A DNA stretch of 49,002 nucleotides. It comes from Thioalkalivibrio sp. GTDB taxonomy: Bacteria > Pseudomonadota > Gammaproteobacteria > Ectothiorhodospirales > Ectothiorhodospiraceae. The notes below the pieces were generated by a model. It was not told where the DNA came from and did not search any database. It worked only from the letters and a program-made list of their open reading frames with translations. Every line of letters begins with the position of its first letter. Position 1 is the stretch's first letter. The position numbers and the translations under genes were made by a program. Positions 1 through 10,555 of this stretch are shown piece after piece. The DNA lies in NCBI GenBank assembly GCA_018224485.1, contig JAGTVE010000012.1:1-49002 (forward strand), written 5' to 3'.

Positions 1-407
1 CCACCGACCAGCTCTCGGCGATGGAGATGATGGCGGTCGACCCCTACCGCCGGGTGTTCGCGCCGCGGTTCTTTGCCGGATTCCTGTCCATGCCGCTGCT
101 CGCGGCGATGTTCAGCGCGGTGGGGGTGATCGGGGGGTATGTCGTCGGGGTGGGACTGCTGGGCGTGGACAGCGGCTCCTACTTCTCGCAGATGCAGGCG
201 GTGACGGACTGGCGCGAGGACGTGCTCTCCGGCGTAATCAAGAGCATCGTGTTCGGCTTCGTGGTCACGTGGATCGCGATCTTCCAGGGCTTCAACGCCG
301 AGCCGACCTCCGAGGGGATCTCGCTCGCCACCACCCAGACCGTGGTGATCTCGGCACTGGCGGTGCTCGGACTCGACTTCGTCCTGACCGGACTGATGTT
401 TACCTGA
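1..407 (+). CDS. mlaE: Lipid asymmetry ABC transporter permease MlaE (5'-partial)
   Basis: Open frame from the window edge ([14 protein letters not shown]...PRF...KS.VFG...EGIS.ATT.TVV), typical of the MlaE C-terminal half; followed by mlaD/C/B. Confidence 0.95.
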   Translation, partial: TDQLSAMEMMAVDPYRRVFAPRFFAGFLSMPLLAAMFSAVGVIGGYVVGVGLLGVDSGSYFSQMQAVTDWREDVLSGVIKSIVFGFVVTWIAIFQGFNAEPTSEGISLATTQTVVISALAVLGLDFVLTGLMFT

Positions 408-448
408 CCGGTCGCCGCGACGCGGCCATGTCATCGGGAGGAAACGCA

Positions 449-907
449 ATGAAGCTGCGGTATCTGGAAATGTCGGTGGGCCTGTTCGTGCTGCTGGGCA
501 TCGCGGCGCTGTTCTACCTGGCGATCCAGGTCAGCAACATCGTCGAGTATCGGGACGCTGACACCTACGATGTGATCGCCTATTTCGATCACATCGGCGG
601 CCTGAAGGTGCGCGCCCCGGTGACGGTCTCGGGCGTGCGCATCGGCCGCGTGTCGGAGATCGCCTACGATGCCGAGCGGTTCCAGGCGCGCGTGGCCCTG
701 GCCATCCAGTCTGGACAGGACTACCTTCCCGCGGATACGCAGGCCAGCATCTTCACCGCCGGGCTGCTCGGCGAGCAGTACGTCGCGCTGGAGCCCGGGG
801 GCGACTTCGACGTGCTGACGGACGGTGACGAGGTCCTGTTAACGCAGTCGGCGCTGGTGCTGGAGAACATGATCGGCCGTGTGCTGACCAACCTCTCGAG
901 CGATTGA
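449..907 (+). CDS. mlaD: MCE-domain protein MlaD
   Basis: N-terminal TM (VGLFVLLG), MCE motif FDHIGGLKVRAPV..SGV.IG.V, TAGLLGEQY; GGAGG ahead of ATG 449. Confidence 0.95.
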   Translation: MKLRYLEMSVGLFVLLGIAALFYLAIQVSNIVEYRDADTYDVIAYFDHIGGLKVRAPVTVSGVRIGRVSEIAYDAERFQARVALAIQSGQDYLPADTQASIFTAGLLGEQYVALEPGGDFDVLTDGDEVLLTQSALVLENMIGRVLTNLSSD

Positions 908-958
908 ACGGCCGGCCAAGGCCGGCGGTCCCAGGACGACAATGGAGGTGGAACGGAA

Positions 959-1615
959 ATGAGAACAAGACTGCACGCCGCGCTGGGGGGCATGCTGCTC
1001 CTCTTCGCGTGCGCCCTGGGCGCGTCATCCCTGCAGGCCGCAGAGCCGATGCAACTCGTCGAGGAGGCAATCAACCGCGTCCTCGACACGCTCGGGGCCA
1101 ACGAGGCCCGGGCACAGGAGGATCCCGACTTCGTTCTGGGGGTGATCGAGGACGAGGTCCTGCCGCTGGTGGATGTCGACGGTATGGCCCGGCTGATCCT
1201 CGCCCGCCACTGGCGTGACGCCAGTCCCGAACAGCGCCGGCGCTTCATCGAGGCCTTCCGGAGCACCCTGCTCAACGCCTATGGCGTGCGGCTGGCTGAT
1301 TATCTGGACCGGCGCGTGATGGTCATTCCGCGGCGGTCCCGCCAGGATGACCGGATGGCGGTGGTCGCCACCGAGATCGAGGCCGGCAGCGGCCAGCCCA
1401 ACATCGTCGTGAACTACCGGCTGCGTCCGGTGGACGGTGAATGGAAGGTCTTCGATGTCGAGGCGGAGGGCCTGAGCTTCGTGGGCAACTTCCGTTCGAC
1501 CTTCAACACCGAGATCCGCCGCGATGGTCTGGACGCCCTGATCGTGCGCCTCGAGGAGGGCGACCGCTCGCTGATCGAGGAGGCCGTCCCGGAAGGCGAC
1601 GAAGGCCGTGGCTGA
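959..1615 (+). CDS. mlaC: Periplasmic phospholipid-binding protein MlaC/Ttg2D
   Basis: Signal peptide, W..ASPEQR..F...F, WKVFDV..EG.S....FRS.F; operon position; GGAGG RBS. Confidence 0.92.
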   Translation: MRTRLHAALGGMLLLFACALGASSLQAAEPMQLVEEAINRVLDTLGANEARAQEDPDFVLGVIEDEVLPLVDVDGMARLILARHWRDASPEQRRRFIEAFRSTLLNAYGVRLADYLDRRVMVIPRRSRQDDRMAVVATEIEAGSGQPNIVVNYRLRPVDGEWKVFDVEAEGLSFVGNFRSTFNTEIRRDGLDALIVRLEEGDRSLIEEAVPEGDEGRG

Positions 1616-1916
1616 ACCCTCCCTGGTGCTCGACGGGAGCGTGCTGCGGCTGTCCGGTCCGGTCACCCTGAACACCGTCGCCCCGCTGCTGTCGCGGGGT
1701 CGCCGGTTGCTGGCCCGGTTGCCGGAAGCAGGCACGCTCGATCTCTCGGGTGTCACGCGGGTCGACAGTGCCGGTGCCGCGATGCTGGTCGAATTCTGGC
1801 GCCAGCGTGAACATTCGGGCGCGAGCCTCGGTTTTGCCGCGATACCCGCGGATCTGCAGCCACTCCTGGAGCTCTACGCGCTCGAACCGGTGTTCCGCAC
1901 GGCGGCCTCCGACTGA
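1608..1916 (+). CDS. mlaB: STAS-domain protein MlaB
   Basis: LDLSGVTRVDSAG STAS motif, 102 aa, GTG start overlapping the mlaC end. Confidence 0.9.
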   Translation: MAEPSLVLDGSVLRLSGPVTLNTVAPLLSRGRRLLARLPEAGTLDLSGVTRVDSAGAAMLVEFWRQREHSGASLGFAAIPADLQPLLELYALEPVFRTAASD

Positions 1917-1962
1917 CCCGCCGCCGGGCCCGATGGGCGGGCACCGGTGCTTTCGGTTATGA

Positions 1963-3917
<1,955 letters not shown>

Positions 3918-3933
3918 GGCCACTGGATCCACG

Positions 3934-4992
3934 ATGCGCCACGCCACCGACGATCTGCGAATCAAGTCCATCGACGAGGTCTCTCCTCCGGACGCCGTGC
4001 GCGGGGAACTCCCGCTGACCGACGCGGCGGCCGAGACGGTCTACGGCGCCCGGGCCGCGATCCACCGCATCCTGCACGGCGAGGACGACCGTCTGCTGGT
4101 GGTTGTCGGGCCCTGCTCGATCCACGATGTCGACGCGGCGCTGGAATACGCCGGGCGGCTGCGCGCGCTGCGCGGGGAATTCGGCGACGCCCTCGAGGTG
4201 GTGATGCGGGTCTATTTCGAGAAGCCGCGCACCACCGTGGGCTGGAAGGGGCTGATCAACGATCCCGACCTGGACGGCAGCTTCCAGATCAACCGGGGGC
4301 TGCGCCTCGCGCGCGGCCTGCTGCGCGACCTGGCCGGGCAGGGCATGCCCGCAGCCACCGAGTTCCTCGATCTGATCAGCCCGCAGTACATCGCCGACCT
4401 GGTGTCATGGGGCGCGATCGGGGCCCGCACCACCGAGAGCCAGGTGCACCGCGAGCTGGCCTCGGGACTGTCCTGCCCGGTCGGCTTCAAGAATTCGACG
4501 GACGGCAGTCTGCAGATCGCGATCGACGCGATCCGCTCCGCGTCGAGACCGCACCACTTCCTGTCCATGACCAAGGCCGGGCGTTCGGCGATCTTCTCCA
4601 CCGCCGGCAACGAGGATTGCCACATCATCCTGCGCGGCGGGCGGCAGCCCAATTACGATGCCGAGAGCATCGCCGGGGCCTGCGGCCAGCTACAGGCGGC
4701 CGATCTGCCGGAGACGGTGATGGTGGATTGCAGCCACGCCAACAGCCGCAAGGATCCGGCGCGACAGGTCGATGTGGTGCGCACGGTCGCCGACCAGGTA
4801 GGTGACGGGGATCGGCGCATCATCGGCGTGATGCTCGAGAGTCACCTGCAGGCCGGGCGGCAGGACATCGTCGCGGGCAGGCCGCTGGTCTACGGACAGA
4901 GCATCACCGATGCCTGCATGGGCTGGGATGATTCCGAGGCGGCGCTGCGCGTGCTGGCCGCCGCCGCGCGCCGGCGCCGCGAGTCCGGATGA
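3934..4992 (+). CDS. aroG: 3-deoxy-7-phosphoheptulonate (DAHP) synthase, class I-alpha, AroG-like
   Basis: DDLRI N-terminus, GPCSIHD, RVYFEKPRTTVGWKG, GARTTESQVHRELASG, DCSHANS, YGQSITDAC. Feedback isoform is not certain. Confidence 0.93.
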   Translation: MRHATDDLRIKSIDEVSPPDAVRGELPLTDAAAETVYGARAAIHRILHGEDDRLLVVVGPCSIHDVDAALEYAGRLRALRGEFGDALEVVMRVYFEKPRTTVGWKGLINDPDLDGSFQINRGLRLARGLLRDLAGQGMPAATEFLDLISPQYIADLVSWGAIGARTTESQVHRELASGLSCPVGFKNSTDGSLQIAIDAIRSASRPHHFLSMTKAGRSAIFSTAGNEDCHIILRGGRQPNYDAESIAGACGQLQAADLPETVMVDCSHANSRKDPARQVDVVRTVADQVGDGDRRIIGVMLESHLQAGRQDIVAGRPLVYGQSITDACMGWDDSEAALRVLAAAARRRRESG

Positions 4993-5031
4993 ACCGGAGA
5001 CTGCGCGCGGATCGCCATGATCGTGCAACTT

Positions 5032-5053
5032 CGAACGGCCACGGGGCCGTTCG
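5032..5053. other. Perfect 9-bp hairpin between aroG and hisD
   Basis: CGAACGGCC-ACGG-GGCCGTTCG; no clear U-tract. Confidence 0.55.
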
Positions 5054-5079
5054 TTCGACAGTGACGGGAGTCAGCAGCC

Positions 5080-6381
5080 ATGCCTGAGATCAAGCGCCTC
5101 GACAGCCGGGACGAGCGGTTCTGGAGCGAACTGGACCGCCTGCTGGAGTGGGAGTCGGTGGCCGACCACGGGGTCCGTGCCATCGTGGACGAGATCCTGG
5201 GAGCGGTGCGCGGGGAGGGTGACGCCGCCTTGCTCCGCTACACGGAACGCTTCGATCGCCTGTCCCTGGCCAGTGCCGGCGAGCTGGAGGTCCCGCCGGA
5301 ACGTCTGCACCAGGCGCTGGAACGCATTCCGGCCGTCCAGCGCGATGCCCTGGAGCAGGCCGCCAGGCGCATTCGCCGCTATGCGGAGCAACAGCGCATG
5401 CAGGACTGGGTGATCGAGGAGCCGGACGGCACGCTGCTCGGGCAGCGCGTGACGCCGCTCGACTCCGTCGGTCTGTACGTGCCGGGAGGCAAGGCGGCCT
5501 ACCCCTCCTCGGTGCTGATGAACGCGATCCCGGCGAAGGTCGCCGGCGTGCCCCTGCTGGTGATGGTGGTTCCGGCGCCGGATGGCGAGCTGAACGACAT
5601 GGTCCTGGCGGCCGCGGCCATTGCCGGCGTGAATCGTGTGTTCACCCTCGGTGGGGCGCAGGCGGTAGGGGCGCTGGCCTACGGCACACAGACGGTTCCG
5701 GGGGTGGACAAGATCGTCGGGCCGGGGAACATCTTCGTCGCCGCGGCCAAGCGCGAGGTCTTCGGCACCGTTGGCATCGACATGATCGCGGGTCCCTCGG
5801 AGATCCTGGTGGTCTGCGACGGGCAAACCGATCCCGACTGGATTGCCGCGGACCTCTTCTCGCAGGCCGAGCATGACGAGCAGGCCCAGTCCATCCTGCT
5901 GTCCCCGGATGCCGGTTTCCTGGACCGGGTCGCCGAGGCGATGGACCGGCTCCTGCAGGAGATGCCGCGCGAGGAGATCATCCGGGCCAGCCTCGGTGAT
6001 CGGGGAGCGCTGGTCCGGGTCCGCGACATGGACGAGGCGGTCCGCGTGGCCAATCACATCGCTCCCGAGCACCTCGAGCTCTCGGTGGCCGATCCCCAGA
6101 GGTTGCTCGATGCCGGGCTGCGCCATGCCGGTGCGGTCTTCATGGGGCGTTACACCTGCGAGGCCGTGGGCGACTACTGCGCCGGGCCGAACCACGTGCT
6201 GCCGACCTCGCGCACCGCACGCTTCTCGTCGCCGCTGGGGGTCTATGACTTCCAGAAACGGTCCAGCATCATCCAGTGCTCGCCGGAAGGTGCCGCGGAA
6301 CTGGGGCGCACGGCCTCGGTTCTCGCGCGGGGCGAGGGCCTGATCGCCCACGCCCGTTCGGCCGAGATGCGCGGTGAATAG
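5080..6381 (+). CDS. hisD: Histidinol dehydrogenase
   Basis: [58 protein letters not shown]. Confidence 0.98.
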   Translation: MPEIKRLDSRDERFWSELDRLLEWESVADHGVRAIVDEILGAVRGEGDAALLRYTERFDRLSLASAGELEVPPERLHQALERIPAVQRDALEQAARRIRRYAEQQRMQDWVIEEPDGTLLGQRVTPLDSVGLYVPGGKAAYPSSVLMNAIPAKVAGVPLLVMVVPAPDGELNDMVLAAAAIAGVNRVFTLGGAQAVGALAYGTQTVPGVDKIVGPGNIFVAAAKREVFGTVGIDMIAGPSEILVVCDGQTDPDWIAADLFSQAEHDEQAQSILLSPDAGFLDRVAEAMDRLLQEMPREEIIRASLGDRGALVRVRDMDEAVRVANHIAPEHLELSVADPQRLLDAGLRHAGAVFMGRYTCEAVGDYCAGPNHVLPTSRTARFSSPLGVYDFQKRSSIIQCSPEGAAELGRTASVLARGEGLIAHARSAEMRGE

Positions 6382-6408
6382 CGTATCGTCTCCAGGGGAA
6401 ACGTCCGC

Positions 6409-7494
6409 ATGACCCGTCCTTCTGAGCTGATGCGTCCCGAGGTGCTGGAGCGTGCCGCCTACGCGGTCGCGGATGCCGCCGGGCTGATCAAGCTCGACGC
6501 GATGGAGAATCCCTTCCCCTGGCCCGGCGAACTCGAGGCGGCGTGGCTCGAGGCCTTGCGGGGGGTCGAGTTGAACCGCTACCCGGACCCCGGGGGCCGG
6601 GAGATCACCGCGGCCCTCCGCGCCGCACACGGGGTGCCCGAAGAGGCGGGGTGCCTGCTCGGCAACGGTTCCGATGAGCTGATCCAGATCCTGATCACGG
6701 CCGTGCAGGGCAGTGGCCGACCGGTCGTGTCGCCGGTGCCCACCTTCGTGATGTACGAGGTGCTCGCGCGTGCGGCCGGCGTTCCCTTCGTCGGTGTGCC
6801 GCTCGCGTCTGACTTCGACCTCGACCTGCCGGCGCTGCTGCATGTGCTGGAGCGGGAACGGCCGGCGCTGCTGTTTCTCGCGTTTCCGAACAACCCGACT
6901 GGCCGCCTGTACGATCCGGGAATGGTCGCCGAACTGGTTGCGGCCAATCCGGGCGTCACGGTGATCGACGAGGCCTACGCCCCCTTCGCGAGTCATAGCT
7001 TCCTGCCGCGGGCCGGCACGCCCCCGGGACTGATGGTGATGCGCACGCTGTCGAAGCTCGGGCTCGCGGGGCTGAGGCTCGGGTACCTCGCCGCTTCCGC
7101 CGAATGGATCGATGCGCTGGACCGTCTGCGCCTGCCCTACAACGTGAACACGCTGACCCAGCGCTCGATCCTGTTCGCGCTCGAACACAACGGAAGGCTG
7201 GAACAACAGGCCGGGCTGCTGCGCCAGGAGCGCACCCGGATTGCCGCGGCACTGGGGGCGCTTCCGGGCGTTCGCCGGGTGGTGCCGAGCGAGGCCAATT
7301 TCATCCTCTTCGAGGTCGCGTCCGGGCGGGGGCGTGCGGCCTTCGAGTCCCTGCTGGCCTCGGGCATCCTGATCAAGGACGTGGGGCGAAGTGGCGGGGT
7401 GCTCGCCGACCATCTGCGGGTCACGGTGGGAGCCCCGGCGGAGAACGACGCCTTCCTCGCGGCGCTGGCCAGCGCCCTTGGGAACCCCGGCTGA
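6409..7494 (+). CDS. hisC: Histidinol-phosphate aminotransferase
   Basis: KLDAMENP, NRYPD, GNGSDELI, PNNPTG, DEAY, RTLSK.GLAGLRLG (PLP Lys). Confidence 0.96.
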   Translation: MTRPSELMRPEVLERAAYAVADAAGLIKLDAMENPFPWPGELEAAWLEALRGVELNRYPDPGGREITAALRAAHGVPEEAGCLLGNGSDELIQILITAVQGSGRPVVSPVPTFVMYEVLARAAGVPFVGVPLASDFDLDLPALLHVLERERPALLFLAFPNNPTGRLYDPGMVAELVAANPGVTVIDEAYAPFASHSFLPRAGTPPGLMVMRTLSKLGLAGLRLGYLAASAEWIDALDRLRLPYNVNTLTQRSILFALEHNGRLEQQAGLLRQERTRIAAALGALPGVRRVVPSEANFILFEVASGRGRAAFESLLASGILIKDVGRSGGVLADHLRVTVGAPAENDAFLAALASALGNPG

Positions 7495-7523
7495 ACCGCT
7501 GTCAGCGTGAAAATCGCGCACTG

Positions 7524-7692
7524 CTCCCCCGCTCCCGCGTGCGGGAGCGGGGCCGGGGTTGAGGGCCGGGCCCGACGTCGCACCCCCACCCCAACCGTTA
7601 CTCCGGGCATCCTGCCCTCCGCCCTTCGGGCCCGCCTTCGGCGGTTCGAAATCCGCTCCCGGCGGATTTGTCCCCGCAAGCGGGGGAGGGAG
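7524..7692. repeat. REP-like palindrome pair, the second unit interrupted by a 72-bp structured insert (7600-7671)
   Basis: Perfect stem CCCCGCTCCCGC-GT-GCGGGAGCGGGG at 7527-7552. Related inverted unit CCCCCACCCCAACCGTT|CCCCGCAAGCGGGGGAGGGAG is split by a four-hairpin segment. Confidence 0.7.
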
Positions 7693-7738
7693 ATTTCATC
7701 GTCAGGGGTGGCTGCGTGCCATGGGGGTTAGCTGCGGA

Positions 7739-8863
7739 TCAGACCGGGCGCTGATCCACGGTCGCCTCGAATTGCAGCGTCTCGCCTTTGCGCAGCGCCT
7801 CGATTGCGATTGGCTCGCCAGGCCGCTTGCGGGCGATCGCGTTCAGGGCCTCGCGTGCATTGTCCACCCGCTGGCCGTCCAGGCGGACGACCACGTCTCC
7901 CGGCTGCAGACCGGCCCGCGCGGCCGGTCCGCCATTGAGGATGCCGGCAATCAATACGCCGCGGGGTCGTTCCAGTCCGAAGGACTCGGCCAGGGCGCGG
8001 TCCATCGCCTGGACCTCGATACCCAGCCAGCCGCGCGTCACGTAGCCCTTTTCGATGATCTCGGTCATCACCTCGCGCGCCAGGTCCACCGGGATCGCGA
8101 AACCGATGCCGTGGGAGCCGCCCGAGCGGGTGAAGATCGCCGTATTGATGCCCACCAGTTCACCGAGCGCGTTGATCAGCGCCCCGCCCGAGTTACCGGG
8201 ATTGATCGCCGCGTCCGTCTGGATGAAGTCCTCGAAGAGGTTGATCCCCAGCTCGGTCCGGCCGGTGGCGCTGACAATGCCCTTGGTGACGGTCTGACCC
8301 ACTCCGAAGGGATTGCCGATCGCGAGTACCACGTCACCGACCTTCAGGTCCCGGGACTGTCCGACCGTGGCCGCGGTGATGTCCGTGGCGGCGATGCGCA
8401 GGACCGCGAGATCGGTCTCCGTGTCGATCCCGATGATCGCAGCGGGATGCGCGTCCCCGTTCGCGAGTACCACCGCGATGGACTCGGCCTGCTCGATCAC
8501 GTGATGGTTGGTGAGGATGTGCCCGTTCGGGGTCATGATCACGCCCGAACCCAGGCTGGCCTGCTCGCGGTCACGGGGTCCGTGGGGCATCTCCGAGAAG
8601 AAGGGGTCCGCTTCCGGTTCGCCGGTCAGCGGGTGCGGCACCTCCACGATGCGGGAGGTCATGATGTTCACCACCGCCGGAGCGGCCCGGGCCACCCCGG
8701 GCGCATAGGAAACCGGACCCTGCAGGCTCTCTGCGGGAGGCGGCCCGGCGGCCGTACCGCGACGGTCGCCGTCGAGCAGTCCGGGGAAGAACAGCACAAT
8801 GACCACCGCGACTGCGACGCCGGCCAGGGCCGCTTGCAGCAGGAAACGCGAAAGCTTCACCAT
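7739..8863 (-). CDS. degS: HtrA-family serine protease with one PDZ domain (DegS/AlgW-like)
   Basis: N-terminal TM, SLGSGVI, TNHHV, DLAVL, IQTDAAINPGNSGG, single C-terminal PDZ; same context as Pseudomonas algW. Confidence 0.88.
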   Translation of the reverse strand: MVKLSRFLLQAALAGVAVAVVIVLFFPGLLDGDRRGTAAGPPPAESLQGPVSYAPGVARAAPAVVNIMTSRIVEVPHPLTGEPEADPFFSEMPHGPRDREQASLGSGVIMTPNGHILTNHHVIEQAESIAVVLANGDAHPAAIIGIDTETDLAVLRIAATDITAATVGQSRDLKVGDVVLAIGNPFGVGQTVTKGIVSATGRTELGINLFEDFIQTDAAINPGNSGGALINALGELVGINTAIFTRSGGSHGIGFAIPVDLAREVMTEIIEKGYVTRGWLGIEVQAMDRALAESFGLERPRGVLIAGILNGGPAARAGLQPGDVVVRLDGQRVDNAREALNAIARKRPGEPIAIEALRKGETLQFEATVDQRPV

Positions 8864-8952
8864 GGTCCCGTTATATTACTGTCAATCCGTCTCGCGTGCC
8901 CGTGCACCCGCTGTTCCTGGGCATTGCAGCGCCTGGTCCCCGAGGTCCCCGC

Positions 8953-9711
8953 ATGTCGGCCGCCATCGCTCGTGACACCCTTCTCGAAGCGCTCGATCGG
9001 AAACTGGAGCCCGGGCGCTTCGAGGATTACTGCCCCAATGGGCTGCAGGTCGAGGGACGCCCCGAGATCCGGCGCATCGTCAGCGGCGTGACCGCCTCTC
9101 ATGCGCTGATTCGGGCCGCAGCGGAGCAGGAAGCCGACCTGATCCTGGTGCATCACGGGTATTTCTGGCGCGGCGAGCCGCAGCCTGTGGTGGGCATGAA
9201 GCGGCACCGGCTGCAGGCGCTGCTGCAGCATGACATCAATCTCGTTGCCTATCACCTGCCGCTGGACGCGCACCCGGAGCTCGGCAACAACGCGCAGCTC
9301 GGGCTCGAGCTCGGCCTGGTGACGGACGGAGCATTGCGCCCGGACGGCATCGGACTGATCGGCCGGCTCGCGGAGGCGTGTCCGCCGGAACAGCTTGCAA
9401 CCAGAATCGGTGCAGTCCTCGGGCGCCAGCCGACCTGGGTTCAGGGAGGCACGCACCTCGTGCGCCGCCTGGCCTGGTGCACCGGAGGGGCGCAATCCAT
9501 GCTCGCGACCGCCGCCACGCATGGGGTCGATGCCTTCATCAGCGGCGAGATCTCCGAGCAGACAACCCACGAGGCCCGGGAACTCGGCGTGCACTACTTT
9601 GCCGCCGGTCATCACGCAACGGAGCGCTACGGACCCCGTGCCCTCGGCGCCTGGTGCGCCGAACGCTTCGGTGTCGACCATTGCTTCATCGATATACCCA
9701 ACCCGGCCTGA
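8953..9711 (+). CDS. Nif3-like dinuclear metal centre protein (YbgI family)
   Basis: DYCPNGLQVEG, LVHHG, YHLPLDAHPELGNN, GHHATERYG. Confidence 0.95.
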   Translation: MSAAIARDTLLEALDRKLEPGRFEDYCPNGLQVEGRPEIRRIVSGVTASHALIRAAAEQEADLILVHHGYFWRGEPQPVVGMKRHRLQALLQHDINLVAYHLPLDAHPELGNNAQLGLELGLVTDGALRPDGIGLIGRLAEACPPEQLATRIGAVLGRQPTWVQGGTHLVRRLAWCTGGAQSMLATAATHGVDAFISGEISEQTTHEARELGVHYFAAGHHATERYGPRALGAWCAERFGVDHCFIDIPNPA

Positions 9712-9952
9712 GCGATCCGAACCGGCGTTCAGCGGCAGGGTCACAGTTTTCGCGATCATTCCAGGACGCCACGGGCTTGACCCCACCGGGTCACGGGTTG
9801 ACCCCATTAGCGTTTTAGGGAATTCTATTTGATTACATTGGCCCCGAAGAGGGCGCCACGATGGCGCGCAGGCCTGATTGCCGGTTTCGCCGGCCGCCGC
9901 CGAGCCACCGCCAGCGTGAACGCATCGGAAACAGCAGCTGGAGAGAGCGAAG

Positions 9953-10555
9953 ATGGCAAACCAAGGCGTGGATCGAGGTCGCCGCAGGTTCCTTGTGGCA
10001 GCGACCTCGGTGGTGGGTGGCGCGGGCGTAGTGGCCCTGGCAACACCCCTCCTGGTGTCGTGGAAACCCAGTGCCCGTGCGGAGGCGGCCGGTGCTCCTG
10101 TCGAGGTCAACGTTGCTCAGATCGAGCCGGGGCAGCGCATCAGCGTGGGCTGGCGCGGCCGGCCGATCTGGATTGTCCGGCGCACGCCCGAGATGCTGGA
10201 ACTGCTTCCGGAGATCCGCGACCGGTTGCGCGATCCGGACTCCGAGGAGGTCACCCAGCAGCCCGACTACGCACGCAACCCCCACCGCTCGATACGGGCC
10301 GAGCTTCTAGTGCTGGTCGGCATCTGCACGCACCTCGGGTGCTCGCCCGCCTTCCGGCCCGAGATCGGCGTGGCCGACATCGGTGCGGACTGGCCGGGTG
10401 GCTGGCTCTGTGCCTGCCACGGTTCGCGTTTCGACATGGCGGGAAGGGTCTACCGAAACGTGCCCGCGGCACTGAATCTCGAGGTACCCCCGTACCGCTT
10501 CGTGAACGATGACCTGATCATCGTGGGTGAACACGCCGATGGAGGCACCGCATAA
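9953..10555 (+). CDS. petA: Ubiquinol-cytochrome c reductase Rieske Fe-S subunit
   Basis: Tat signal RRRFL, box 1 CTHLGC, box 2 CACHGS, PA.LNLEVP. Confidence 0.97.
   Translation: MANQGVDRGRRRFLVAATSVVGGAGVVALATPLLVSWKPSARAEAAGAPVEVNVAQIEPGQRISVGWRGRPIWIVRRTPEMLELLPEIRDRLRDPDSEEVTQQPDYARNPHRSIRAELLVLVGICTHLGCSPAFRPEIGVADIGADWPGGWLCACHGSRFDMAGRVYRNVPAALNLEVPPYRFVNDDLIIVGEHADGGTA

Noticed and set aside
5071-7521. 816-aa antisense ORF over hisD-hisC
   Set aside because: Shadow ORF caused by high GC and codon bias; no recognisable motifs, and fully antisense to conserved genes.
7600-7671. The 72-bp element as a functional tRNA
   Set aside because: No 7-bp acceptor stem, no canonical anticodon arm and no CCA end, despite a GGTTCGAAATCC look-alike.
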